The translations under genes and the position numbers were made by a program. A DNA stretch of 41,083 bases from Octopus bimaculoides (Eukaryota): contig NC_068984.1 of assembly GCF_001194135.2 (NCBI RefSeq), forward strand, positions 7,910,076-7,951,158. Direction: 5' to 3'. A model generated the notes under the pieces. That model was given only the letters and a program-made list of their open reading frames with translations, searched no databases and had not been told where the DNA came from. Positions 1-11,646 of the stretch are shown here, in pieces. The first letter of the stretch is position 1; each line of letters begins with the position of its first letter.

Positions 1-192
1 AAACAAGGACAGACGAAGGGATTAAGTCGATTACATCGATCCCAGTGTGTAACTGGTACTTAATTTATCGACCCCGAAAGGATGAAAGGCAAAGTCGACC
101 TCGGCGGAATTTGAACTCAGAACGTAACAGCAGACGAAATACCTTAAGCATTTAGCCCGGCGTGCTTACGTTTCTGCCAGCTGTCTGCCTTA
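1..192 (-). mobile_element. tRNA-derived SINE family A (truncated by the window)
   Basis: The reverse complement has a tRNA-like head (ggcagaaacg..gagttcaaattcc B-box) and a central gcctttcatcctttcggggtcgataaattaagtaccag block that recurs many times in the window. Confidence 0.8.
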
Positions 193-777
193 ACGATGGG
201 ATATATTGGGAAAAGAAGGAGCCAGGTGATATATATTGAAGAAATATAAAGATAATCCCTAATAGAGACTTACAATCAAAAATTCCGGCCGTGACCATCT
301 TGTCTTTTTTCCTATATGTAGAGAAACCACATTATACATCCTGTAAGTTTTTGTAACGTGTTACGATGTGAATTAAGTGATTTCTTGTAGGTTTATTGAC
401 TCAGTGAAGGCTCCTTCGTTGGCTACTTCCAGTCTCAAATCATCGTCCACGTTTGTAACCTATACGACTCTTCGTTTTATTTGTTTCAGCCATTGGACTG
501 CGGCCATGCTGTGGCACCACCCTGAAGGCTTTAATGAGACAAATCGACTCGAATACATAACTTTTTAAAGCCTGGTACTTATTTTATCAGTCACTTTTGC
601 CGAACTGCTAAATTACGAGGAGGTACACAAACCGATACCAGTTGTCAAGCAGTGGTGTGTGACGAACACAAAGACAAAGACACTCAAATATATATACATA
701 AGGCGCAGCTCCAGCATGGCTACAGTCAAATGACTGAAACAAGCAAAAGAATACACACACACACACACATATATATG

Positions 778-824
<47 letters not shown>

Positions 825-1488
825 TTAATCGGCCCGAGGCTACAGAAGAAAACACTTACAAGAGTTGCCACGCAGTGGGACCGAACCTGAAGCCATGTGA
901 TTGAGGAGTAAAGTTCTTACCACAGAGCCAAAGCTGTGAATTAATAAGCGATTAAATGCTTCTTTGGATTCGTAATCTTCACTGCTTAGTTTAGAAGAGT
1001 GAGCATATGTATTTGAAATACCTAAATTAATAATGGTAAGTTTATTGAAAATAATTAGGCCGCTTAAGAGCATACTTATAAGGCTGTGAGTAGGACTCGT
1101 TCTTCGGGTTTGAATGCAAAAGTGCTCAAAACCTTGGGACCAAAAGGCTTAAATGTCTTTTTGTGAAGCTCAAAAAAGTATTCGAGGTATCCTGAATGTT
1201 CAAGCTGGGTTTCAATTTAGATATTAAATGCGATTGTTTTTATCAACCTTTAGCTTTCAATATATGATCATACCTTACATATAGAGGAGTGTGGCGCATC
1301 ATCATTAGCATGGAATTGATTCACATGTGTAGCACCAATTAACTTAATGTAGTGTTATATTTGGTGGTTCTAATTAGTCCTTAGTTTAACCTAGATATCA
1401 AATATTATACTGAGATAGCTGGAAACTTAGCAGTGGGAAGCAGTTTAATATTTTTGTGTACGCAAACTCTATGTCAGATTGAATCATA

Positions 1489-1878
1489 TACATTAGAACC
1501 TCGCAGTACGAATGCCCCATTGTACGAGTAATTTGTTGTACCAGCCGAGACTCGTGCGAATTTTTGTCTTGAAGTACGAGCGGAAATCCGCAGGACAAGC
1601 ACGCAGATCATCCCATCTTTAAGGCAGTTCAGTTAATAAAACCAGTTTACATATTTCTTTTGCATTCTCATTTTTATAATTGTCATTTTACTTCTAAAAA
1701 CACATTTTCTGTTTTAAAACCCATAAAAAATTATTTCTGAGTGGTTTTGAGGGGCTGGAATGGATTAATTATATTTTAGTTAATTTCAATGGGGGAAATT
1801 GATTTGTAAAACGAGTAAATCGTAAGACGAGCTTGGTCATAGAACGAATTAAACTCGTACTGCGTGTATTTTCCTCTA
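1489..1878. mobile_element. Tigger/pogo-like MITE, degenerate
   Basis: The left end tacattagaacctcgcagtacga and the right end tcgtactgcgtg share the inverted core cgcagtacga. Confidence 0.45.
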
Positions 1879-1937
1879 TCTCTGCCAAGTCAATCTTATA
1901 TTAGTCATAGTTAATACATAATGTGCCATGACACTGA

Positions 1938-2189
1938 AATAGTTTCTCATTATCAATGTTTTTACCTGTGGATCTCTTCGATTCTTATTTTACTCGGATG
2001 GATCCCAGAGTTATTCGAGGTTTAAAAAATCCTAGTATACTTTTGTAATTAAACATTATTAGCAGTTGCATAAACATTTATTAAAATATTTTGTCTATTA
2101 CTGTAAGAGTATAACCAATTTATTGCACATAAAGTAAGCAAGAAAACCTTATATGGACCCTTAAAAGGGATCCCGGTTGTGAACTACTG
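1938..2189 (-). mobile_element. hAT-type MITE, same family as 7785-8043, inverted and degenerate
   Basis: Ends ggttgtgaactactg. The interior cctgtggatc and gtccatataag segments match the 7.8-kb copy. Confidence 0.55.
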
Positions 2190-2577
2190 TCGTATAGTAT
2201 AGAACAGCTTGCTTTAGCACATACTTATCAGATGATAGGAAAAACGTCTACTGATATTGTCAATAATGTATTTATTAATTATAATTGGGTGGTTAGAATG
2301 ATGTATAATGTATATTGTTTCTTTATCCGCCTGTGGGTAGTACTTACCCATGTTTGGGTTTAAATTTAGGTCCAGAAATTTATCATAAATTTAAGAAATA
2401 TTTGTGTGCGTACTTTTAGTAACCTCGCTGTGTGAATAACTTCTTTTTGCCTCATTTAAAATAATGTAACATCATAAACGATCATGTCCATCTCGGAACC
2501 CCTATAATCGTTTCTAACTCCGTGATTAAATCCATTATTACCTTATTTTGTCTGTATTTATTTAGCAGTACATTGTT

Positions 2578-2989
2578 ATCTTTTATCTTTTTCCTCCTTT
2601 AGTCATTAGACTGCGGTCATGGTGGAGCACTACCTTGGAGAATTTCAGTCGAGGAATCGACCCCCAATACTTTTTATAGCCTAGTACTTATTCTATCGGG
2701 ATCTTATGCCGAACCACTAAGTTACGGGGACATAAACACACCAGCATCAGTTGTCAAGCGATGGTGGGGTGGGGGGACAAGCACAGACATAAAAATACAG
2801 ACATACACACACACATACACATATATATACGACGGAATTTCCAGTTTTCGTCTACCAAATGCACTCACAAAGCTTTGGTCGGACCAAGGCTATAGTAGAA
2901 GACACTTGCCCAAGGTGCTACGCAGTGGGACTGAACACGGAACCATGTAGTTGGTGAGCAATCTACTTACCACACAACCACTCCTGCGC
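2578..2989 (-). mobile_element. tRNA-derived SINE family B, near full length
   Basis: The reverse complement has head gcgcaggagtggttgtgtggtaag..ttcagtcccactgcgt, a caccttgggcaagtgtcttctactatagcc core, an internal microsatellite and the tail gtgctccaccatgaccgcagtc.aatgact. Confidence 0.85.
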
Positions 2990-3529
2990 ATGTGTATTTT
3001 TCTAAAGCTTCAGGCCGACCAAAGCCTTGTGAGTAGAACCAATGTTTTATACGATCTTAACACACTCAATACGCGAAATGAGCCCTTCCTGAAGGCCCTT
3101 AATAATACTCTTCCTTAAGAATACTTGTGAATTCTTTTGTTTCTCTATTCCTATACTTGCAATGTGATATATTCTGTCTTTCTTAACAAGATATTCTGCG
3201 TTTGTTTCTTGGTTTTAAAACTATATCCCAGTAATTTAAGACATGCTAATTCTTCCCCATTCCTTTCCGAAATATCCTCTAGATATTCAGTTTCATTTGT
3301 AACTCCAATTTCAATAGCTCTGAATCATTTTTACTTTTTGTATTTAATTATCTGGGTTTGATTGCATCTTATTTGTTCTCCGTAATTATAAAGTGAGTTT
3401 TTTATTCTCTCTTTCGAAACGCAAAACATTGTATTGTAGCTTCTCTCTGGTAAAATATTAGTTGGCTTCCTTCAACAACTAAACTCGATTGCTGTCCATG
3501 TGTGTTTATGTGTGTGTATGTATGTCTGT

Positions 3530-3566
<37 letters not shown>

Positions 3567-4074
3567 TATGTATGTCTGTTTGTGTGTGTGTTGCAATAAT
3601 TTTGGATGCTATTTTTTCTACAAAACAAAGTTTCTGTTCGTATGTACGATGAAAATAGCAGAATATTGTCACATTTATCTTTTTGTTAAGAACATTATTT
3701 ACGATGAGGTTTCAATGAAATTAGAAATCCTTATAGTTTTGCGATATTCAAGATTATTTAAACAGAATTAAGGCGTAGATCGAACTGTGTAAAGTGGAGG
3801 GCATTAGAGGGACAATGATATTATTTACACTATCGTAACATATTCTCTATTCTACTGACTTCTGTCCAGGTTCACATATTGTGGGGTTTTTTTGTGTTTT
3901 AATTAGATATAATAGGCGCAGACGCAACAATGTGGTAGAAGTTTTCTCATTAAATCCACGGATCTGGGCTCAGTCCCACTGCATGGTACATCAGCATGTC
4001 TTTTTTTGTAAACCTTCGGGCCGAGCAAAGCCTTGTGAATAGAATTGATCGACGGAAACTGAAAGAAGCCAGTA

Positions 4075-4144
<70 letters not shown>

Positions 4145-4444
4145 GTGTGTGTTTGTGTGTATGTGTGTGTATGTGTGTGTATGTGGGTATTTGTGTGTAT
4201 GTATGTGTGTGTGTTTGTGTGCATGAAATATATATGTCACAAAATGACAAAGGGCTCCGATCAACATCAGCATTGCTGACTCTTATTTCTAGCAATACTG
4301 GTGTTGATTAGCGGCCTTTGTCAATTTGTTGACGTATGAATGTATATATGTATATATGTATATGTANNNNNNNNNNATACATACATACATACATACACAA
4401 ATACATACATACTTGTATGTATGTATACCCGTGTGTATGTGTGT

Positions 4445-4765
4445 ATGTGGCACCTTGGGCAAGTCTCTTCTACTATAGCCTCGGGCCGACCAAAGCCTTG
4501 AGTGGATTTGGTTGACGGAAACTGTAAGAAGCCCATCCTATATATGTATATGCATATATATATATATATATATATGTGTGTTTGTGTGTCTGTGTTTGTC
4601 CCCCCAACATCGCTTGACAACCGATGCTAGCGGTTCGGCAAAAGTGAACGATAGAATAGGTACTAGGCTTACAAAGAATAAGTCCTGGGGTCGATTTGCT
4701 CGACTAAAGGCGGTGCTCCAGCATGGCCACAGTCAAATGACTGAAACAAGTAAAAGAGTACAAGA
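4445..4765 (+). mobile_element. SINE family B
   Basis: ggcaccttgggcaagt..ggccgaccaaagccttg..gacggaaactg..(TA/TG)n..catcgcttgacaacc..ggtgctccagcatggccacagtcaaatgactgaaacaagtaaaag. Confidence 0.85.
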
Positions 4766-6163
4766 GTGGCCTAATTTTCTGTGGATTACTTTCTGCATTG
4801 ATAATCATTTAGCCATATCATACTTCTAAATAGTTGATGGGTGTAGGAATAATATGAAGGAAAAGAAATTTGCAGTAGGTTTATGTCTTGTAGAGGGGTG
4901 ATTACAAAGTGCAGGGAAATGTGGACACAAAATGGATAAGGAGAAAAGGAGAGACGTGTAGATCTACAGTATTGAAATAGAAGTGGCTAACGAGTGTAGA
5001 GGTGCATAAGCCGTTGTAGTAGCCGTAGAAAAAACAGAGAGGAGACAGTAAATATATGACAGAGATGGTAGTGTGATTGGTTGCTGTATGTTGGTAAACG
5101 ATTAAATATCAATCTGCTGAGCAGCGTTTCTTTGGAAGTGGTTCAAAATTTATGTAAGCACATTCAGTGGATCATCTTAACACAAGACGAAGGAGCAGTG
5201 CTCTTCTTAGAATCATACTTGGAAAATTGCAATGGGAGGTTAGTCGGTTATAACAGCTCATTTATTTTATCGATCTCTGAAAGATGCAAGGCAAACACAC
5301 AATCAATAAGGTTTGATTACAGGAATATAATGAGAGGCATCTAACACGTCAAATTTTTCTCCATCTCTACCATTTGTTCTATTACAAGACAATTCTTGGG
5401 CAAAGTCAATTCGCAGCTTTTACAAAAGAACCAAAATAAGAATTGGTGGTGCAGTCATGAAATAGAAAAGTCAAAGACTATGAGGGGAAAATGTTATTTT
5501 ATTACAAAATTTAATACAAAGTTGAGGAGAGTGATTACTGAAAGAGAAATCAACAGAAATAGTTACAAATATTTAGAATATGACTATAAAATTTATCATC
5601 TCTGTTCATTGAAAATAATATTACTTTGTCTGCCTATACTAACTTATAGTTCAAATAATATTATATATTATGTATATTATAAATATAAATATGAATATAA
5701 ATATNNNNNNNNNNNNNNNNNNNNNNNNNNNNNNNNNNNNNNNNNNNNNNNNNNNNNNNNNNNNNNNNNNNNNNNNNNNNNNNNNNNNNNNNNNNNNNNN
5801 NNNNNNNNNNNNNNNNNNNNNNNNNNNNNNNNNNNNNNNNNNNNNNNNNNNNNNNNNNNNNNNNNNNNNNNNNNNNNNNNNNNNNNNNNNNNNNNNNNNN
5901 NNNNNNNNNNNNNNNNNNNNNNNNNNNNNNNNNNNNNNNNNNNNNNNNNNNNNNNNNNNNNNNNNNNNNNNNNNNNNNNNNNNNNNNNNNNNNNNNNNNN
6001 NNNNNNNNNNNNNNNNNNNNNNNNNNNNNNNNNNNNNNNNNNNNNNNNNNNNNNNNNNNNNNNNNNNNNNNNNNNNNNNNNNNNNNNNNNNNNNNNNNNN
6101 NNNNNNNNNNNNNNNNNNNNNNNNNNNNNNNNNNNNNNNNNNNNNNNNNNNNNNNNNNNNNNN

Positions 6164-6200
<37 letters not shown>

Positions 6201-6976
6201 ATATGTATATATACACATATAGTTTATTCACATTGAATATTTTTTCACACGACTGAAGCTCCAAGCAACTCTTTCTTCAAGCAAACATTGTCTCCCTTCT
6301 CTTTTCACTGATCTGGTTGGTTCTTATATATAGTTTTAGATAAAGTTGATAATCTTGTATATATGCAACGTTTTCAATAGTTTGCGACGAATGTGTTTTA
6401 TTCAAGGCGTTGTATATGGCTGTTGTTCCATTTGCGATTGTTTTGTGTAGTCTATAACAGTTGCAACAAAATGTGCCAGAGCGTAGTAATACAACATGCT
6501 GTTACGCAACGTATAATTTAGACAAGTAACAAATATACAACCTTTAGCGGTTTCAAATAACGAAGACACTATAACCAACGAATCGGAAAATGAAACGACG
6601 ACGGCCATAGATAGCATCTTATAATAAAACAACATTAGCAAACGGCCAATGGAAACGATTGCCAGAGAAAAAGGAATGTACCATATGCAAAATATGTTGG
6701 GTATGAATACTGAAAGAAGACAATTGTTGCATGAAGATCAGAATGATGTGAAAATCAATTCGCGAGAAAAATAAACGAAGTAAATACTCCAGACCATATG
6801 TTTTGTACTCTGCTCCTTTCATTGGCGAACTATAACACATGAAGATATATATATATATATATATATATANNNNNNNNNNNNNNNNNNNNNNNNNNNNNNN
6901 NNNNNNNNNNNNNNNNNNNNNNNNNNNNNNNNNNNNNNNNNNNNNNNNNNNNNNNNACACATACACATATACACGG

Positions 6977-7155
6977 ACCGTATTTGATGGTATAAAAGAC
7001 GCACGGGCGTATTAGACGTACCCCAATTTCAGCAGCGTATATTGAGGCAAAAAAGTTTTAAAGGATTCGTGTATTGTCGGCCCCATTGTAGGAGATGTTT
7101 TAAAAAGTACTATTGTTTGAATCGAAAGTGCGTCTTATATGTCACCAAATACAAT
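6977..7155. mobile_element. pogo/Tigger-like MITE
   Basis: Imperfect TIRs accgtatttgatggtataaaagacgcac and gtgcgtcttatatgtcaccaaatacaat. Confidence 0.55.
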
Positions 7156-7203
7156 ATACATGTATGTCTGTATATATATGTATATATGTAAATATACTTA
7201 TAT

Positions 7204-7280
<77 letters not shown>

Positions 7281-7784
7281 CACACAGAGATATACATATA
7301 TCCGTGTCTATATTGTTGATTTGTTAATATGTGTTTCTGTTCGGAATTGAAATTGCTTTTGCACATTCTACTTTTGCTAAAATGATTTCTGCATTAATAC
7401 TTTTGGTTTACTTGAATAAATGTTCAGATACTATTTCTTCTCTACTTAGGATGACTTTACCTCATTCAATTTCGTCGACATTTTATCGTATATAAATTAA
7501 TGCATCACTATCTAGAACACCAGACTTCACTGTCTTTATATTTTTATTATTACTGGATCTGTTTATATAATATAATAAAATAAAAAAACTTTAAGAATTC
7601 TTGACTACACAAATTTAAAATCTATTTAAATCAATCTTTGTAATTTTCAAAATACCGAAACCCATTTGCAAGCTACAAGAGCCTTTAAGCAGCTTTCCAT
7701 GTCATAATTCCATGTTTAAACTCACATTCTATGAGGTTGTCTCTCCATTCAACACGTCTCTGCTTCTAAATTCAAACACAATAA

Positions 7785-8043
7785 CAGTGGTTCTCAACCG
7801 AGGTCCCTATAATCCTTGGGAATTCATATAAGATGTTTTTATTAAAATTGATGTACAATGAATTGGTTATACTTCTAGAATACAAAAAATATTTTAATGT
7901 TTCTTTTTTTTAAATACAATTCTTAATAATATTCAATTATAAAAATATAATGGGACTTTTAAACCTCGATTGGCTTCGAGAGTCCACCTAAATAAAACAG
8001 AAATTAAAGAAGTCCACAGGCAAAGCATGGTTGAGAACTACTG
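7785..8043 (+). mobile_element. hAT-type MITE
   Basis: TIRs cagtggttctcaacc and ggttgagaactactg. The 8-bp flanks cacaataa and cactgtag are partly similar. Confidence 0.75.
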
Positions 8044-8553
8044 CACTGTAGGAATATAACAATGGAGAAGTAAGCCTTGTCAAAACTTGGTTGATAATAA
8101 CTTAATCTCATACTGAGAATTAGGATTAAGATAATCCGCAAGAAATTTTGTTATGTTATTAATATAATTTTTTAAAAAATCAACAGCCCAATACAGAATA
8201 TAAACCATCACATATTTTGATATAGAATTAAAAAAACAAGTATAACGCTTATATTCTAAATTACGATGCAACTGCCAAAAAAACACTTCAATCAAAAACA
8301 TTCATCTATAAATGTAAATACAAATTTTATATATTTAAATAGTCTTGTGGGATACATTTTCGCTCAGACATGTAGTTTTCCACTTGCATATACTCTGTTC
8401 ATATAACATACACATTGTGAATATGCATGTATGTATAACTCATATCATACGTGGTTTCAACAAACATTCTATACATACATCGTTAAATACATAGAAATAT
8501 ATGTGTATCTGCATGTGTGTTTGCATGTATATATATGTATATATGTATGTCTG

Positions 8554-8588
<35 letters not shown>

Positions 8589-8704
8589 GTGCCTATGTAT
8601 ATACGCTTTTGTTTTGCTTTATAGATACAATTGTGCGTGAGTGTGTGTGTGTGATTCCATTATTATGCAAGTACAAGAGTGAATGTATGTATGTATGGAT
8701 GCCT

Positions 8705-8848
8705 CTCTGTTAATTTCTTCGTGTTTCTTTCTGCTGAAGAGCGTAGGCTCGAAACGTAAAAGACTTTCTCACCTTTACGAGCATTAAACTATTACACCTG
8801 TTTGTTGTTTATGCACCTGTCTTCGTCTTTTGGTTTTCTGTAAATTTC

Positions 8849-8850
<2 letters not shown>
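8705..8850 (+). mobile_element. Short repeat carrying a minimal hammerhead-like motif (putative Penelope terminal repeat)
   Basis: CTGCTGA-A-GAGC-GTAG-GCTC-GAAA-CG-T-A at 8731-8758, flanked by tcttt/aaaga. A homologous copy lies inverted at about 35340-35480. Confidence 0.55.
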
Positions 8851-8896
<46 letters not shown>

Positions 8897-9966
8897 NNNN
8901 NNNNNNNNNNNNNNNNNNNNNNNNNNNNNNNNNNNNNNNNNNNNNNNNNNNNNNNNNNNNNNNNNNNNNNNNNNNNNNNNNNNNNNNNNNNNNNNNNNNN
9001 NNNNNNNNNNNNNNNNNNNNNNNNNNNNNNNNNNNNNNNNNNNNNNNNNNNNNNNNNNNNNNNNNNNNNNNNNNNNNNNNNNNNNNNNNNNNNNNNNNNN
9101 NNNNNNNNNNNNNNNNNNNNNNNNNNNNNNNNNNNNNNNNNNNNNNNNNNNNNNNNNNNNNNNNNNNNNNNNNNNNNNNNNNNNNNNNNNNNNNNNNNNN
9201 NNNNNNNNNNNNNNNNNNNNNNNNNNNNNNNNNNNNNNNNNNNNNNNNNNNNNNNNNNNNNNNNNNNNNNNNNNNNNNNNNNNNNNNNNNNNNNNNNNNN
9301 NNNNNNNNNNNNNNNNNNNNNNNNNNNNNNNNNNNNNNNNNNNNNNNNNNNNNNNNNNNNNNNNNNNNNNNNNNNNNNNNNNNNNNNNNNNNNNNNNNNN
9401 NNNNNNNNNNNNNNNNNNNNNNNNNNNNNNNNNNNNNNNNNNNNNNNNNNNNNNNNNNNNNNNNNNNNNNNNNNNNNNNNNNNNNNNNNNNNNNNNNNNN
9501 NNNNNNNNNNNNNNNNNNNNNNNNNNNNNNNNNNNNNNNNNNNNNNNNNNNNNNNNNNNNNNNNNNNNNNNNNTATATATATATATATATATATATGTAC
9601 ATACACACTACATACGCACATGCATATAATTTTTTAAAAGAACCTTGTTTCTTAAACATGTATATATTGATATTGTTGTTACTGTTGCCCTCCTCGATTG
9701 GTTCAAATTATTACTAAATATCGTTTCAGTTATCATTCAACCCTGTGAAACTTTAACAAGAGCAATAACATAAAAAAACAACAACAAAAATAACGTCAAT
9801 GAAACATATCAATCAAACATCGATAAATTGTCAACTTTAATTGCCTCTTAATGAAGAATTTAATGAAGAATTTCATTAACAGAAATAATTGCTTCTTCGT
9901 TTCTTAAATTCAGTCCACTTTTTCATATTTGACAATTTTCCAAGTCGGTATTCTCCCAGAACTTCG

Positions 9967-10200
9967 TCACCGACAGCCACAGGCAGAAACACTCATACCT
10001 TCATATTTATATTTGAATGTGTAACTCTGAGTGGTTGCATCTTGGTATAGTAAAGATATCGGTTCTAGTTTTATGGGTACACAACACGGCCTGGTGACTT
10101 TTTTGTTCTGAATGTGAAGGTTAGCTCTTATCATAGCATGTTTTGTTGGTTGTAGGTGCTGAGCCAAGGGATAGTAACATTTACCAATGCATTCGTTTGC
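9967..10200 (-). CDS. BMP10: BMP9/10-like ligand, terminal exon (cystine-knot mature domain)
   Basis: Acceptor ttttccAG ends at 10201 and joins in frame: [80 protein letters not shown]. The spliced mature domain has all 7 cysteines. The L.PTKHA, KLEPIS.LY.D and KYEGM motifs are characteristic of BMP9/10. Confidence 0.96.
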   Translation of the reverse strand, partial: [77 protein letters not shown]

Positions 10201-10240
10201 CTGGAAAATACATTTAGAAATCAATAACTTTACATTTACA

Positions 10241-10344
10241 TATACGATTAAAATTAATTAATGATTTCAAATTAATTATACGATTAAAATTAATTAATGA
10301 TTTCAAATTAATTATATGATTAAAATTAATTAATGATTTAAAAT
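10241..10344. repeat. 36-bp tandem repeat, about 2.9 copies
   Basis: Unit tatacgattaaaattaattaatgatttcaaattaat starts at 10241, 10277 and 10313. Confidence 0.92.
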
Positions 10345-10354
10345 GTTTGCACAA

Positions 10355-11060
10355 GGCCAGTAATTTCAAAGAAGCGGGTAATTCGATTACATCGACCCTA
10401 GCGCTCAGCTGGTACTTATTTTATCGATCCCGAAAGGATGAAAGGCAAAGTCAGCCTCAGCGGAATTTGAACTCTGAACGTAAAGACGGACGAAACGCTA
10501 CTAAGCATTTTGTCCGGTGCGCCAACAATTTTGTCAGCTTGCTGCATTTCCAAGTCTATAAATATTCGTTTAAAACTTTGACAGCAATTTCGTGGGAGGG
10601 GGAAATTCGATTACATCGACCCCAGTGAATAACTGGTATTTATTTTATTGACCCCCCCCCCCGGAAATGATGAAAGGGGAAGTCGACCTTAGCGGAATTG
10701 AACACAGAGCGTAATGAAGGGTGAAATAACGCTCAGCATTTTGACCGGCGTGTTAACGATTATGCCAGTTCGTCCCCTTTATAAGTTTATGAATATTAGA
10801 AATATCTTGTACAATCGTCCCTTTTTTTTTTAATCGACTTATTCCCCTTCCCGAAATTGCTGGCCTTCAAAGTTTGAAACCAGTATTTATAGACTTGTAA
10901 AAACTTAGCAGCGGTTAATCCGTCTTTACGTTCTTAGTTCAAATTTCACCTTTTATTCTTTCGGAGTCGTTAAAAGGAACCCGGGGAGTCGATGTATTCG
11001 ACTTACTCCCTCCAACGAAATTACTGTCTTTGTGCTTACATTTGAAACTAATGATTGAAG
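10355..11060. mobile_element. Cluster of SINE family A copies in the BMP10-like intron (two minus, one degenerate plus)
   Basis: Repeated tcgattacatcgacccc / gaaaggatgaaaggcaaagtc / cggaatttgaactc blocks at about 10355-10547, 10585-10780 and 10830-11060. Confidence 0.75.
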
Positions 11061-11646
11061 TCTTGTCTATATACATCTACAAACATGATTTCTGTCAGTA
11101 GTAAATCGCAATCTCACGTAGAATGCTCTTGAATTCATTATATTAATGAGCAGACAGAATAAAGATATGATTAGAAGAACTGTACAATCTTAGAGTTTCT
11201 GTCAAGGCAAGATGCCAAAGTCAATGAACATTCTAACTGTGTTTCTAATCGAAACAATACATCTATCCTCGTTTATCACGTATGTGTGATTATAAAAAAT
11301 AATAAGACACCGCGTTAAATGAATCTATTGTAAGCAATTAATGTTCTACAAATCTTTTAAAATAGGCATCTTGTTTGCTAGGTGCGTGTATGGTACGAAA
11401 TATGCAGCCTCGTAATAAGAGCGACAATCAGTGCTGTTTGAGTAACTGAGCGTCCTGCATGGTCACTGAGGCGTACCATTGTGATTCAAGCAGTCTTACT
11501 GCTCGCAAGTCCGCGTTATCACAGATAAATCCGTGATAAGCGTAACACGGTTCACAATTTAGCGTATCGTGTTATCTGGGATGAGTAATGAATGAATCAG
11601 TGATGAATGAGAAGAGATGTACTTTTGTAATGAAAAGATTACTTAC

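Larger units (their letters stand above)
10201..11646 (-). other. GT-AG intron (1446 bp, phase 0) inside the mature-domain coding region
   Basis: GTAAGT donor and pyrimidine-rich CAG acceptor. Splicing restores IAPKKYD-ANEC, matching the BMP motif IAPxGYxAxxC. Confidence 0.92.

Noticed and set aside
1076-1216. Minus-strand open stretch IETQLEHSGYLEYFFELHKKTFKPFGPKVLSTFAFKPEERVLLTAL
   Set aside because: It looks protein-like, but I recognise no family, there is no convincing splice pair and no neighbouring exon. A tblastx or RNA-seq check would settle it.
4840-5350. Purine-skewed segment resembling a very old antisense LINE
   Set aside because: No unambiguous motif could be recovered by eye.
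6520-6625. Plus-strand stretch QVTNIQPLAVSNNEDTITNESENETTTAIDSIL after a weak acceptor
   Set aside because: Short, low complexity, no homology recognised and no upstream exons identified.
5396-9717. Long ORFs full of X and YI/HT/CV dipeptides here and throughout the window
   Set aside because: These are artefacts of N gaps and dinucleotide or tetranucleotide microsatellites.
9860-9879. 8-bp hairpin ttaatgaa-gaat-ttcattaa and ATTAAA-like signals in the presumed 3' UTR
   Set aside because: Expected by chance in very AT-rich DNA. The polyadenylation site cannot be assigned.
10201-10224. MISKCIFQ start of the 85-aa ORF
   Set aside because: It is the intronic polypyrimidine tract and acceptor, not a real start.
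11572-11646. 3' part of the 326-aa ORF (VSNLFITKVHLFSFITDSFITHPR)
   Set aside because: This is read-through into the intron. GTAAGT at 11646 is a consensus donor and splicing restores the BMP motif.
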